DNA of 55,563 nucleotides, filler included, from Sphacelaria rigidula (Eukaryota): the NCBI GenBank assembly GCA_964200075.2. It is 6 parts of 6 records of this genome, joined end to end, with 100 filler letters (N's around TTAATTAATTAA, not from the genome) between each part and the next. Parts side by side here need not be neighbours in the genome. Positions count along the whole stretch, not along the records: positions 1 to 9,178 come from CAXNAA020009113.1; positions 9,279 to 18,456 come from CAXNAA020009114.1; 4 more parts are not named here. One strand, 5' to 3'. The notes beneath the pieces are model-generated. The model was given only the letters and a program-made list of their open reading frames with translations. It did not search any database and was not told the DNA's origin. The position numbers and the translations under genes were made by a program. Below are positions 1 to 10,757 of the stretch, piece after piece (the first letter of the stretch is position 1; each line of letters begins with the position of its first letter).

Positions 1-2872
1 CACAAACCAGCGATGGATATCCTTTAAAAAAGTACTGCTTCCTTGTACAAGCGAGAAAGTCATTTTCCAACATATCCGTCCTTCCCGCGACAGAAGATTA
101 CTCACCACTGACGGACGTCACGAAGCCGAAACTCTACGGGCAGGTGCTACTAGACACTAGCCGTCGTTCAAGCCCTGGCAGACTTCAATTGAGAGTCGAA
201 ACAGTGCAATATCTGAAGTAGATGATCTTCACTTCACCCCAACTTCCCATTTTGTGACAAGGGTGTTGGCCGCCAAGAAGTGGAGAACTGGTACAGTCTT
301 GCGCGCGAAGAAAAAAAACAATTGTTTCGGAACAGAATCTGACCCTTTTCCGCCCCCGGCTGCAGCGCTGCACCACGCAAGCGGAGATGAAATGATATGG
401 GCTTGTTGGCTGTGCTTTACAGGCCATGTGGCCAAAGTTCCAGCGCGTGAAAGCACCCACAGCGCAGGTATGGGCGTTCCTCCGCACCTCAGGCCCTCTG
501 CAGGCAGTGTGGGACTGGGTTTGGCAGAGATTGTCATTTTCCAGCGGGCGTCCCAGTAGGGGTCGATGTTTGTTTCCCCTTGCTACAGCTGTCGAAGGAC
601 TCATGATGTGGATGTCAGTGCACCGGTGCATCAAAGTGTGTCACAAGGGTCGGTATACGAAGTTTCCGCCCCGGGTAGGCCGTGTGGAGGGCGTATGGTC
701 TGTATTACAAAACCATTTTCCACCACACACCGCGCTAATATTCGCGCCGCGACGAAACGTGCCCCCGCTTGGTGTACATGCAGAGTGCATCATACCCAAC
801 TCGTGTGCCAAGTTTCACGTGGGTTCTTAAACCTTGGGGGGAGAACTTCACAACCAAGGTTTCAGTAACAAACGGCAAAATAATAGCAGTCGACCAGTGA
901 AGATACGGCGGGAACGATTGCGCCACATATTCCGCGTAGGGAACAGAAAGCATGCAGCCGTCGCATCTTCACTCTAACTGTCCCGTCTAGGTGATGTCCA
1001 TGCATGTGCAGGTGCCCGCAAGCGCTTTCTCGGGCTTCGTGCGGAACATGAAGTCGCGGCACATCATCTTCCCCTTGAGAACGTGGACAATAATGCATGC
1101 AACCTACAGCATCCACCTGGCAGCAGCAATGCATATGTTTGACTGACTGTGAAAAACTGTGTCGCCACTCAGGGTGTGGTGGCGGGCGGGCGGGCGGCAG
1201 GTTCTCTGTTTTGAAGACAAACTACTTGGTGGTTCTGTTCTTTTGTGTGTGCTTTTCGCCCTCTGCCATGCTGTCGTGCGCTTCCACCTGACCGCCCATG
1301 TCCCTCTCCGGGTTTTGAAAAGCCCTGGTGGCAAAGTATGAAGGAAACGATACTACCGCCTCTTACAAAGCTCGAAATGGCATCTCGACCTTGATCACGT
1401 TTCATCAATAAAGAAATGCCTTGCTAGCCATGGGATTGTAAAGTTGCAACATCGCGAAAATATTTCCCTATATGGCGCGGGGAGGAGGTGGGGGTTTGCT
1501 GCAGCATTTTCCTCCGGCCGTTGCAACACGGCTGTGCGAGCGTCATCCAGGAAATGATTTTATTACGAGTCAAGCAACGGTAGGGGTGCACATTTCAGTT
1601 CAAAATATCTCTGAGGCTGAACACTGAGGCTCGCCCGTAACATGTTTGGGATCGAGAGTCCTACGGCGAAGAGGCTCAGGACATTGAAACAAACATCCCT
1701 GCGGTGGTATAGTCCTCAGGATTTGCTAGCGTGCAACCATTTCGGTCCATCACTTGAGAGGGTTCTCCCTCTGTAACCAAAAATAGGCGCGTAGGTGTTT
1801 TCCTCTAAAACGACTTCCTCTAGACTACATCGAACAGTGAAGGCCTCCCCGCCTGGGTCAACCACCGCTCGCAACCGACGGAAAAATCCAAGACACGGGG
1901 AAACCTTCCTGCACAATTTGAACTGTGGACTCCCGGACGGTTATTGACAGTATAAGACCGAGGCCCACCGTGTGGAAGAATCGCTGCAGAAAACGGTTTT
2001 GAAAGAGTGCGGGAGCCGGCGCGGCGGGCACACACAACATCCACGCGGGGCGGACATTTCAGGGGCATCCCATCATGAACGGGATAACCGTCCCTGTGCG
2101 ACGAGGCATTATATTCAGTCTTTTTGGTGACGTAGACATCATTCGCGATCCTCTGGTGATGTTCGTGTGTTGAGATCACTTGTGGACTGTCTTCGAGTAG
2201 TGATTGCCTGCCGCCATTCCAGTCTTCGCTGTTGTTTAGGCGTCGATGAAAGAAACAGGGTAGAAGACGACGGCGACAATAAGGCAGAAAATCGATGTTG
2301 ACCGCTTGATTCTGTCGTAGCGGGTGTTTCCCGCCATTGGGGGGGGGGGCTTTCGCCGCCAAATGCGTCATTTACACAAAAAAAAAAAAAAGTTTTTGCT
2401 CGAAAATGCGAACAAGCGTAATATTCCCTCGCGACACAACGGGTTCATTTGCAAGACAATCGCTTGCACGTCTCCGGATCGAGGGATGGTGCTCCGTGAG
2501 TGACAGTGATAACATGATTCCAGAGACGGTTTCAAGACTACTTCGCGTGTCTTGTTGGGAACACTTCACGAAATTTGGCTTGTTACCTTTGCGTACTATC
2601 CACACGAAAACAAGCGTGACATCGACATTTTCACACATGGACAGTAGTGAAGTATCAACAGTTACCGCGCCAAGATTCTCCCCCACGGTCGCAAGCAAGC
2701 GTTTTCGCATGGATAGTAGAGAAACGTCAACAGTTCGAATGGCAGGATTTCGCACCAATGTGCGAGGTAAGCGTTTTGTCCATTAATGATGCAGGCACAA
2801 CCGGCCGCTGAAAGCCATGAAAAGCCTACTCTCAATCGTAGCGTAGACTCTCAATCTCACGGAAACACTGTT

Positions 2873-3138
2873 GGACATGAAACAAAGAAGTTAACCCTCC
2901 TTTTTCTTTGACCTACCACAACACAGCCCGGGCATAGACATGGAATAGAGAGGCCAATCCTCCTCTTCTTTCAACCTACCATAACACAGCCCAGACATGG
3001 ACATGGAAAAAAGAAGCTCACCCTCCCTTTTCTTCAACCTACCATAACACAGCCCAGACATAGACATGGAATAGAGGAGCTAATCCTCCATTTTCTTCAA
3101 CCTACCATTACAGAACCCGGACATAGATCTGGAATAGA
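2873..3138. repeat. 63-bp tandem repeat, about 4 copies, ABAB dimer pattern
   Basis: The motif CCTACCA recurs at 2912, 2975, 3038 and 3101 (63-bp period). Units 1/3 resemble each other, as do units 2/4. Confidence 0.9.
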
Positions 3139-3923
3139 CGCGCGGTCCCAGTTTATCGGGTGGCCGACTGCTGTGGTACATGTACGCTCGGCTAGCACTT
3201 GTAAAACTGCTACTCAAACACACGGCCCACACAAGTATGACGACGGTGCTTCGACGGGAATCTGGTGGAACGCCACGTCGGGATATAACCGGGTTTCGTT
3301 AGATTGACGGTCTAGCGTTGATCGAGAGTAAGGCTGATGACCTACTCGACCTTGACCATCTTCTCATTTTTGTGTGTACGTTATTGCATGTGACATTGCC
3401 GCGTGGTTGCAGCTCCACGACGAGATCCTACCCGGGGATATCAGACCCTTCAATAACAAGCTGTAACAGAACGCATATGGGGCCTAGACGAGCATGTCAG
3501 AACTGAAACCATTCGAGACATGAATAGACCATTTCTGGAACTGCGGAGAGTTCTATACTTACGCATGTTGACGGAGGCCAATGCAATCAAAGTATACACA
3601 TTGAATTCATCCCGCGAAGAAGCGCTCGCATTCGAGTCTATCCTAGCCTGACTGGGGCAGGTATTCTCCAACAATCACCGGTAAAAAAAAAGAGTAGGAA
3701 TTCCTATTTCTTGTGTTCTTACTCTCATCAAACGCAGGATTCTCAGTCTGGCAAAAAGCCTGTTTCGTCAGGACCCCGTCGAAATTCAGAACCGCCTTGC
3801 ATTGTCGAAGAGAAGACACTGTGACGACCAATCATCGTTTCGGACCTCTGACACCATACTTGAGCACAAATCAACAGACTCACTACCCGAGTCGTCTGAG
3901 AACGGTACAACGATTGGTGTAAT

Positions 3924-6900
3924 CTACCGTGTATCGGACGTCCGAGGAGAAGCACTACGTACTCCTAGCTCCAACTTCACCTCTTCAAACGCCACGTCAT
4001 CATACGTGCCCGAGCATCGAGTTACCGCTGCCGGCGAACCACAACCCAATCCAGTACCCCCACAACCACTGCTGGTGAATCCACGACTCCCGCCTTCGCT
4101 GCCCCAACCAATTGCAGGAGAAGCCTGCTTCTGTAACATCCTCGTCCCATCGCCACCCCGTGTAGGAGAAGGGACCGCCAGCTCTACCTTCATTCCTGCC
4201 CTTGTTCCTGCCCGCAAAAACACCCCATCATCAGCCCTCGAAGGTGGGTGTCTCGGGAGCAAAAGTGGACGTCCCGAGAGCGACGGGCTTCTCTCCCCCT
4301 GCCTGGAACCGGCGCACGAACTGCGACGGGCACCTACGCCGTCGTTCGCACCAGAACCCGACAGTGCTGCGCGCTTGCGCTTCATTCCTCGTTCATCAGC
4401 AACGCTCCCTCCATCACCCTCCGTCGCGCTACGGCCAGAGGTGCCCTTAACAGGGTTGAGCTTCGTGGTGTCGAAAACGGCAGCCGTGTTGTGTGCACTA
4501 GCATCCTTTTGGCAAAGTGTTTCGTTGTCGAGAGGTAGTTTGGAGCACTGCTTCTCGCCGCACCTCTTACGTACCACATTCGCCATTTCCACCCTGACCA
4601 CCTTGGAGCAAACCTCTGTCTTACTGCTTACTGCCACACAAGAAGTCGGCAGCGAGGAGCAGACGTCGTAGCCGCACTTGTTGTTCACCACATTCACCAT
4701 TCCCACCCTGGCATGCTTAGAACAGAACTCCGCCTTCTTGCTTCTCGCCACACCATACGACGGCTGCATGGAGGAGCCCTCGTGGCCGCACGCCTTGTGC
4801 TTCACATCCACCATTCCCGCCCTGGAATGCTCGGAACAGAACTCCGCTTGCGTGCTTCCCACCACATCATACGACGGCAGCGTGGAGCAGCCCTCGTGCC
4901 CGCATGTTTTGGTCTTCACACTCACCATTCCCGCCCTGGCATGCTCGAAACAGAGCTCCGCCTTCGTGCTTCCCGCCACACCATACGACGGCTGCGTGGA
5001 GCAGCCCTCGTACCCGCAAATCGTGTTCCTCACATTCACCATTCCCGCACTGGCATGCTTAGAGCAGAACTCCGACTTCTCGCTTCCCGCCACACCATAC
5101 GACGGCTGCGTGGAGCAGCCCTCGTACCCGCACATCTTGTTCCTCACATTCACCATTCCCGCCCTGGCATGCTTGAAACAGAACTCCACCTTTTTGCTCC
5201 CCGCCACACCATACGATGCAAGCGTGCGACAGCCGTCGTCGCTGCACGTCTTGCTCCTCACATTCACCATTCCCGCCCTGGCATGCTTGGAACAAAATTC
5301 CGCATTTTTGCTCCCCGCCACACCATACGACGGCTGCGTGGAGCAGCCCTCGTGCCCGCACATCTTGTCCTTAACATTCACCATTCCCGCCCTGGCATGC
5401 TTGAAACAGAACTCCGCCTTCGTGCTCCCCGCCACACCATACGACGGCTGCGTGGAGCAGCCCTTGTCGCTGCATGTCTTGTTCTTCACATTCACCATTC
5501 CCGCCCTGGCATGCTTGGAACAGAACTCCGCCTTTTTGCACCCCGCCACACCATACGACGACTGGATGGAGCAGCCCTCGTACCCGCATATTTTGTTCCT
5601 TACATTCACCATTCCCGCCCTGGCATGCTTGAAACAGAGCTCCACCTTCTTGCTCCCCGCCACACCATACGACGGCTGCGTGGAGCAGCCCTCGTCGCTG
5701 CACATCTTGTTTCTCACATCTACCATTCCCGCCCTGGCATGCTTGAAACAGAACTCCGCCTTCTTGCTCCCCGCCACACCATACGACGGCTGCGTAGAGC
5801 AGTTCTTGTCGCTGCACGTCTTATGCTTCACATGCACCATCCCCACCCTGGCATGCTTGGAACAGAACTCCGCCTTTTTGCTTCCCGCCACACCATACGA
5901 CGACTGCATGGAGCAGCCCTCGTACCCGCACATCTTGTTCCTCACATTCACCATTCCCGCCCTGGCGTGCTTGACGCAAAAATCCGCTTTTTTGCTCCCC
6001 GCTACACCGTACGATGCAAGCGTGCGACAGCCCTCGTCGCTGCACATCTTGTCCCTCACATTCACCATTCCCGCCCTGGCGTGCTTGACGCAAAAATCCG
6101 CCTTCGTGCTCCCCGCCACACCATACGACGGCAGCGTGGAGCAGCCCTCGTACCCGCACATCTTGTTCCTCACATCTACCATTCCCGCCTTGGCATGTTT
6201 GGAACAGAACTCCGCCTTCGTGCTCCCCGCCACACCATACGACGGCAGCGTGGAGCAGCCCTTGTCGCTGCACTTCTTGTGCTTCACATGCACCATTCCC
6301 GCCCTGGCATGCTTGGAACAGAACTCCGCCTTCGTGCTCCCCGCCACACCATACGACGGCAGCGTGGAGCAGCCCTCGTACCCGCAGATCTTACTCCTCA
6401 CATTCACCATTCCCGCCCTGGCATGCTTGAAGCAAAAGTCCGCTTTTTTGCTCCTCGCCACACCATACGATGCAAGCGTGCGACAGCTCTCGTACCCGCA
6501 CATCTTGTTCCTCACATTCACCATTCCCGCCCTGGCATGCTTGGAACAGAACTCCGCCTTCGTGCTCCCCGCCACACCATACGACGGCAGCGTGGAGCAA
6601 CCCTCGTACCTGCACATTTTGTCCTTAACATTCACCATTCCCGCCCTGGCATGTTTGGAACAGAACTCCGCCTTTTTGCTCCCCGCCACACCATACGACG
6701 CCAGCGTTGAGCAGCCCTTGTCGCTGCACGTCTTGTGCTTCACATGCACCATTCCCGCCCTGGCATGCTTGGAACAGAACTCCGCCTTTTTGCTCCCCGC
6801 TACACCATACGACGACTGCGTGAAGCAGCCCTCGTACACGCACATCTTGTACTTCACATTCACCGTTCCCTCCCTGGCATGCTTGAAGCAAAAGTCCGCT

Positions 6901-7790
6901 TTTTTGCTCCCCGCTACACCATACGATGCAAGCGTGCGACAGCCCTCGTCGCTGCACATCTTGTGCTTCACATGCACCATTCCCGCCCTGGCATGCTTGG
7001 AACAGAACTCCGCCTTCTTGCTCCCCGCCACACCATACGACGGCTGCGTGGAGCAGCCCTCGTACCCGCACACCTTGTGCTTCACATTCACCATTCCCGC
7101 CTTGGCATGCTTGACGCAAAAATCCGCCTTTTTGCTCCCCGCCACACCATACGACGACTGCGTGGAGCAGCCTTTGTCGCTGCACGTCTTGTCCTTCACA
7201 TGTATCATTCCCGCCCTGGCATGCTTGGAACAGAATTCCGCCTTCGTGCTCGCCGCCACACCATACGACGACTGCATGGAGCAGCCCTCGTGCCCGCACA
7301 TCTTGCCCTTCACATTCACCATTCCCGCACTGGCATGATCGGAGCAAAAACCCGCCTTTTTGCTCCCCGCCACACCATACGATGCAAGCGTGCGACAGCC
7401 CTCGTACCCGCACGTCTTGTTCCTCACATTCACCATTCCCACCCTGGTATGTTTGGAACAGAACTCCGCCTTCGTGCTCCCCGCCACATCATACGACGGC
7501 TGCGTGGAGCAGCCCTCGTAGCCGCACTTGTTTCTCACATTAACCATTCCCGCCGCGGCATGCCTGGAGCAGATTTCCCCCGTCTTGCTTCCCGCCACAC
7601 CATGCCATGCAAGCGTGGGACAGCCCTCGTGACCGCACATCGTTTTCGCCACATTCACCATTCCCGCCTTGGCATGCTTGGAACAGAACTCCACCTTCAT
7701 GCCTTCCGCCACACCATACGACGGACGCGTGGAGCAGCCCTCGTGGCCGCACATTTTGTTCCTTACATTAACCATTTCCGCCCCGGGCAT
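3924..7790 (-). CDS. EsV-1-7 cysteine-rich repeat protein: 27 near-identical 38-aa repeats plus 2 degenerate ones, and a low-complexity C-terminal tail
   Basis: Uninterrupted ORF 3924..7946. First ATG at 7790 (MPGAEMVNV), giving ~1288 aa. Repeat consensus CGYEGCSTQPSYGVAGSKKAEFCSKHARAGMVNVRNKM fits C-x4-C-x16-C-x2-H-x12, the EsV-1-7 motif known from Ectocarpus siliculosus virus 1 and the Ectocarpus IMMEDIATE UPRIGHT family. The true start or an upstream exon is uncertain. Confidence 0.92.
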   Translation of the reverse strand: MPGAEMVNVRNKMCGHEGCSTRPSYGVAEGMKVEFCSKHAKAGMVNVAKTMCGHEGCPTLAWHGVAGSKTGEICSRHAAAGMVNVRNKCGYEGCSTQPSYDVAGSTKAEFCSKHTRVGMVNVRNKTCGYEGCRTLASYGVAGSKKAGFCSDHASAGMVNVKGKMCGHEGCSMQSSYGVAASTKAEFCSKHARAGMIHVKDKTCSDKGCSTQSSYGVAGSKKADFCVKHAKAGMVNVKHKVCGYEGCSTQPSYGVAGSKKAEFCSKHARAGMVHVKHKMCSDEGCRTLASYGVAGSKKADFCFKHAREGTVNVKYKMCVYEGCFTQSSYGVAGSKKAEFCSKHARAGMVHVKHKTCSDKGCSTLASYGVAGSKKAEFCSKHARAGMVNVKDKMCRYEGCSTLPSYGVAGSTKAEFCSKHARAGMVNVRNKMCGYESCRTLASYGVARSKKADFCFKHARAGMVNVRSKICGYEGCSTLPSYGVAGSTKAEFCSKHARAGMVHVKHKKCSDKGCSTLPSYGVAGSTKAEFCSKHAKAGMVDVRNKMCGYEGCSTLPSYGVAGSTKADFCVKHARAGMVNVRDKMCSDEGCRTLASYGVAGSKKADFCVKHARAGMVNVRNKMCGYEGCSMQSSYGVAGSKKAEFCSKHARVGMVHVKHKTCSDKNCSTQPSYGVAGSKKAEFCFKHARAGMVDVRNKMCSDEGCSTQPSYGVAGSKKVELCFKHARAGMVNVRNKICGYEGCSIQSSYGVAGCKKAEFCSKHARAGMVNVKNKTCSDKGCSTQPSYGVAGSTKAEFCFKHARAGMVNVKDKMCGHEGCSTQPSYGVAGSKNAEFCSKHARAGMVNVRSKTCSDDGCRTLASYGVAGSKKVEFCFKHARAGMVNVRNKMCGYEGCSTQPSYGVAGSEKSEFCSKHASAGMVNVRNTICGYEGCSTQPSYGVAGSTKAELCFEHARAGMVSVKTKTCGHEGCSTLPSYDVVGSTQAEFCSEHSRAGMVDVKHKACGHEGSSMQPSYGVARSKKAEFCSKHARVGMVNVVNNKCGYDVCSSLPTSCVAVSSKTEVCSKVVRVEMANVVRKRCGEKQCSKLPLDNETLCQKDASAHNTAAVFDTTKLNPVKGTSGRSATEGDGGSVADERGMKRKRAALSGSGANDGVGARRSSCAGSRQGERSPSLSGRPLLLPRHPPSRADDGVFLRAGTRAGMKVELAVPSPTRGGDGTRMLQKQASPAIGWGSEGGSRGFTSSGCGGTGLGCGSPAAVTRCSGTYDDVAFEEVKLELGVRSASPRTSDTR
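4677..7751 (-). repeat. Coding tandem array of 114-bp units (27 copies, one of them 111 bp)
   Basis: First Cys codon of repeat 1 is at 7751 and of degenerate repeat 28 is at 4676. The spacing equals 27x38-1 codons. Confidence 0.95.
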
Positions 7791-8952
7791 GCTTGTTGAT
7801 GTACCGTCTTCTAGGAATGTCGGCCGTGAGCTCCTTCCGAGGCGCTCCTTCGCAATTGTACTGCTTAGAGTAGCACGAATACCCAGACGGCGGAAAATAT
7901 TTTGTGAGTCGGGGGCCAGAGCAAGTTGAAACGCCTTGCAGTGCAAATGTCATTGTTATTGCTGCACAACCTTTGGAGAAAAAACGTGTGCCTGCATTCA
8001 ACTCAGAAGACGCTTCATGTAAGCTAACGCCAACTTGCAAGATGATTCCAGCGGATGGGACGCCCTCTACGCTATTGCAGTAGGAATCAGAAGCGGATCA
8101 AGCAATAGAGTGGTACAAAACAAAAGACCATCATACTACAGGGCGCATGTAAAGCACAACACCGATGCTGAAGGATGTCGTATCATGGAGGAACGGCAGA
8201 TTGCTATATTTCAAAGTAGCAAATGTAGGGCTTACACGTCACACACGAAGAGTCAGTCGGAAAATGTTATGCACGATCAAGAGGCAGAAATAGTAACCGA
8301 CTGAGTGAGCGATCGCTATCCAGCATCACATGAGCAAACTACTCGGGTACACATGTGAACGGGCGCGAGTGTGGGGGGCGGTGCGGCTGCAGTGTTGCTA
8401 ACCAAAAGCGCCAGCAGAACTGCTCCTGCCGTATTATAGCTTGCAAAGAGGGTGAAGGCGATGTGATACATAAAGCGAGTTTTCAATTTAGCATAGACAC
8501 TTGCTACGTCAAAATATGAAAATAATTTGTTGAGATATCGACAATAGAGAGTTTCGGAAACACAAATCAAAACTCACGGATAAGGAAAAACTCAGGGATT
8601 ATCAAGAAAGTTGGGATTTAAGACCAGGACATGACGAATTCCCTTAGGTAAACCCCGAAAATTGAACCCTGAGAAAAGACATTTGCAGAAACTCAAGTTT
8701 AATTTTCAATTTTTCAAAAAAAAACTGAGCTGCTAGACACCCCAAAGCGTTGGTGCCAAACTCAGGGCTATGAAACGGAACTAGACACCCTGCCCCATAA
8801 CGACCTAGGTTACAGAACACAGCCATAGGGAAAATGTCATAAGTGAGGCGGTGGCGGATGTCGTGAACGCCCGCGACAGCACTGGTGATGGCAGCTCGTT
8901 CACAAGGGTGACCCAAACCTAGGAGGAACACTTGGAGGCGAACGGGGGTGTC

Positions 8953-9178
8953 GAGACACCAGTCGACCTGGCTTATGATGATGCGAAAGGGCGGGAGTCG
9001 GCCGCTCAAGCAGCTGCTATGAGGACTTGACGAAATGGCAACCCAACGTGAAGCTTGCGTTAGCTCGCGCAGTTGCACCACCGTTGGGTGGCCATTTTGT
9101 CGAGATCCTCGTAGCGGCTGCATGGGTGGCCGACTTCAGCCCTTCCACGTCATCGAAAGCCAGGTCGACAGGTGTCTC
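8953..9178. repeat. Imperfect inverted repeat, ~96-bp arms, ~33-nt loop, running to the contig end
   Basis: GAGACACCAGTCGACCTGGCTT...CCCAACG (8953-9048) pairs with CGTTGGG...AAGCCAGGTCGACAGGTGTCTC (9082-9178). Confidence 0.8.
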
Positions 9179-9278
9179 NNNNNNNNNNNNNNNNNNNNNN
9201 NNNNNNNNNNNNNNNNNNNNNNTTAATTAATTAANNNNNNNNNNNNNNNNNNNNNNNNNNNNNNNNNNNNNNNNNNNN
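9179..9278. other. Artificial contig linker N44-TTAATTAATTAA-N44
   Basis: 100-bp spacer with an all-frame stop linker, identical at five positions. Confidence 0.98.
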
Positions 9279-9344
9279 GAGAGCACTGTTTTAGGCTTGA
9301 AGCTCATCTCGAAGTTAAACCTCAATTCGCACAATTTGTTGTTA

Positions 9345-10757
9345 TACGGTTAATTTGGGAAACTGGGGAAGCTGTGGTGTGAGCAATATTTAGGAGCTTT
9401 GAACCTGGCCCAGGTCAAAATTGATCGGTGATCGTTTGCCCAAAATTATACGATTACGCAAAAGGGTAGTCTAGACCAAACCAGTATACAGCGCTGCAGA
9501 CTGGAAGCAGCATGACACTGGTAAGTAGTAGGTGGTCATTGCATAGACATTGTATGTAGTGGTAGACACCAATTCCGTTCCCACACGAAACTTGTCTGTA
9601 CATGTTGTCTTCCTCGCGTTTGTTGTACATTCCCCGCTGAGTATCAATGCCTTCGCGAAGGAGTTTCCTTCCCATACCCTGGGTTTTCCCCTTCCGTATG
9701 GTTTCAAGTCTTCACAGTAATTCGATATATTTTATCCCAGTGGCTTCAAGTCTTCACATTATTTCAATAAATTTTATCCGACAAAAATATAGGGAAGTTA
9801 TGGGGATTTTGAATTTTAGAAAAAGCTTGATTACGCCATAAGTCCAGGGGAATAAATCGAATCTGCGGCTGCTGACGGGACGTATCAGTTACTTGGGTGC
9901 AGATGGTCTTCCTGAAATTTCAGCTCAAGACTCGTCGAACCGGGCCGTGCGTGCAACATATTCCGTGACGGTGCTGCACCCCACTAACACCTAGTGCGGG
10001 GTGTTGCTGCCGTGAACCCGCCGCATTAAAAAAAACAAATCCGACACGCTATCGCTCAACGATATCAGACCCACCCTGCACTACATGTAGTACAATAACG
10101 TCATCGGCAATACGACGCCAATCGAACAGCGACGCAGACCTTTGTCATCAAGTGGGTCAGCAGTTCACAGTGATATGATTACATCGGGTTCAGTCGGGAA
10201 ACTGGGGAAGCTGTGTTGTGAGCAAAATTTAGGAGCTTTTAAGCAGGCGCAGCTCGTAATCGATTGCTGATCGTTTCCCGAAAATTACACGATTACGCTG
10301 AAGGGCAGTCTACACCAAACCATTTTTGAAAAAAATAAGAAAAACGTAGATAATGCCATAAATCCAGGGGGGAAATGAGAATCTGCAGCTGCTCATGGGC
10401 CGTATCACTTCCTTGGGTGCAGATGGTCTTCCTGAAATTTTACCCCAAGACTCGTCAAATTGGACAGTGCGCTCGACATTTTCCGTGGCGCTGCTACGCC
10501 GCATTAACATCCTGTGCGGGGTGATTGCTCCCGTGAACCCGCCGCATTGAAAATATAAACGCACTCCGAGACGCTATCGCTCAACGATATCTGACCCACC
10601 CTGTACTTTATCTATGCCGTACAATAACGCTATCGGCAATACGACGCCAATCGATCAGCGACGCAGTCCTTTGCCATCAGGTGGGTCAGCAGTGAACTGT
10701 GATATGGTTACATAGGGTTCATTCGGGAATCTGGGGAAGCTGTGGTGTGAGCAACAT
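9345..10757. repeat. Degenerate tandem repeat, ~520-530-bp unit
   Basis: GGGAA(A/T)CTGGGGAAGCTGT(G/T)GTGAGCAA occurs at ~9357, ~10196 and ~10725. Segment ~9843-10230 aligns with ~10362-10757 (for example TTGGGTGCAGATGGTCTTCCTGAAATTT). Confidence 0.85.

Noticed and set aside
185-2790. Many short ORFs suggesting a decayed transposase
   Set aside because: No recognisable catalytic or domain motif could be established by eye in any frame.
4678-7799. Long + strand ORFs (886, 665 and 354 aa) and alternative-frame minus ORFs over the array
   Set aside because: These are shadows of a 114-bp coding repeat whose unit lacks stops in other frames. Only the minus frame gives the known EsV-1-7 motif.
9223-9234. 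TTAATTAATTAA as a piggyBac site or regulatory motif
   Set aside because: Synthetic linker centred in N runs and repeated identically five times.
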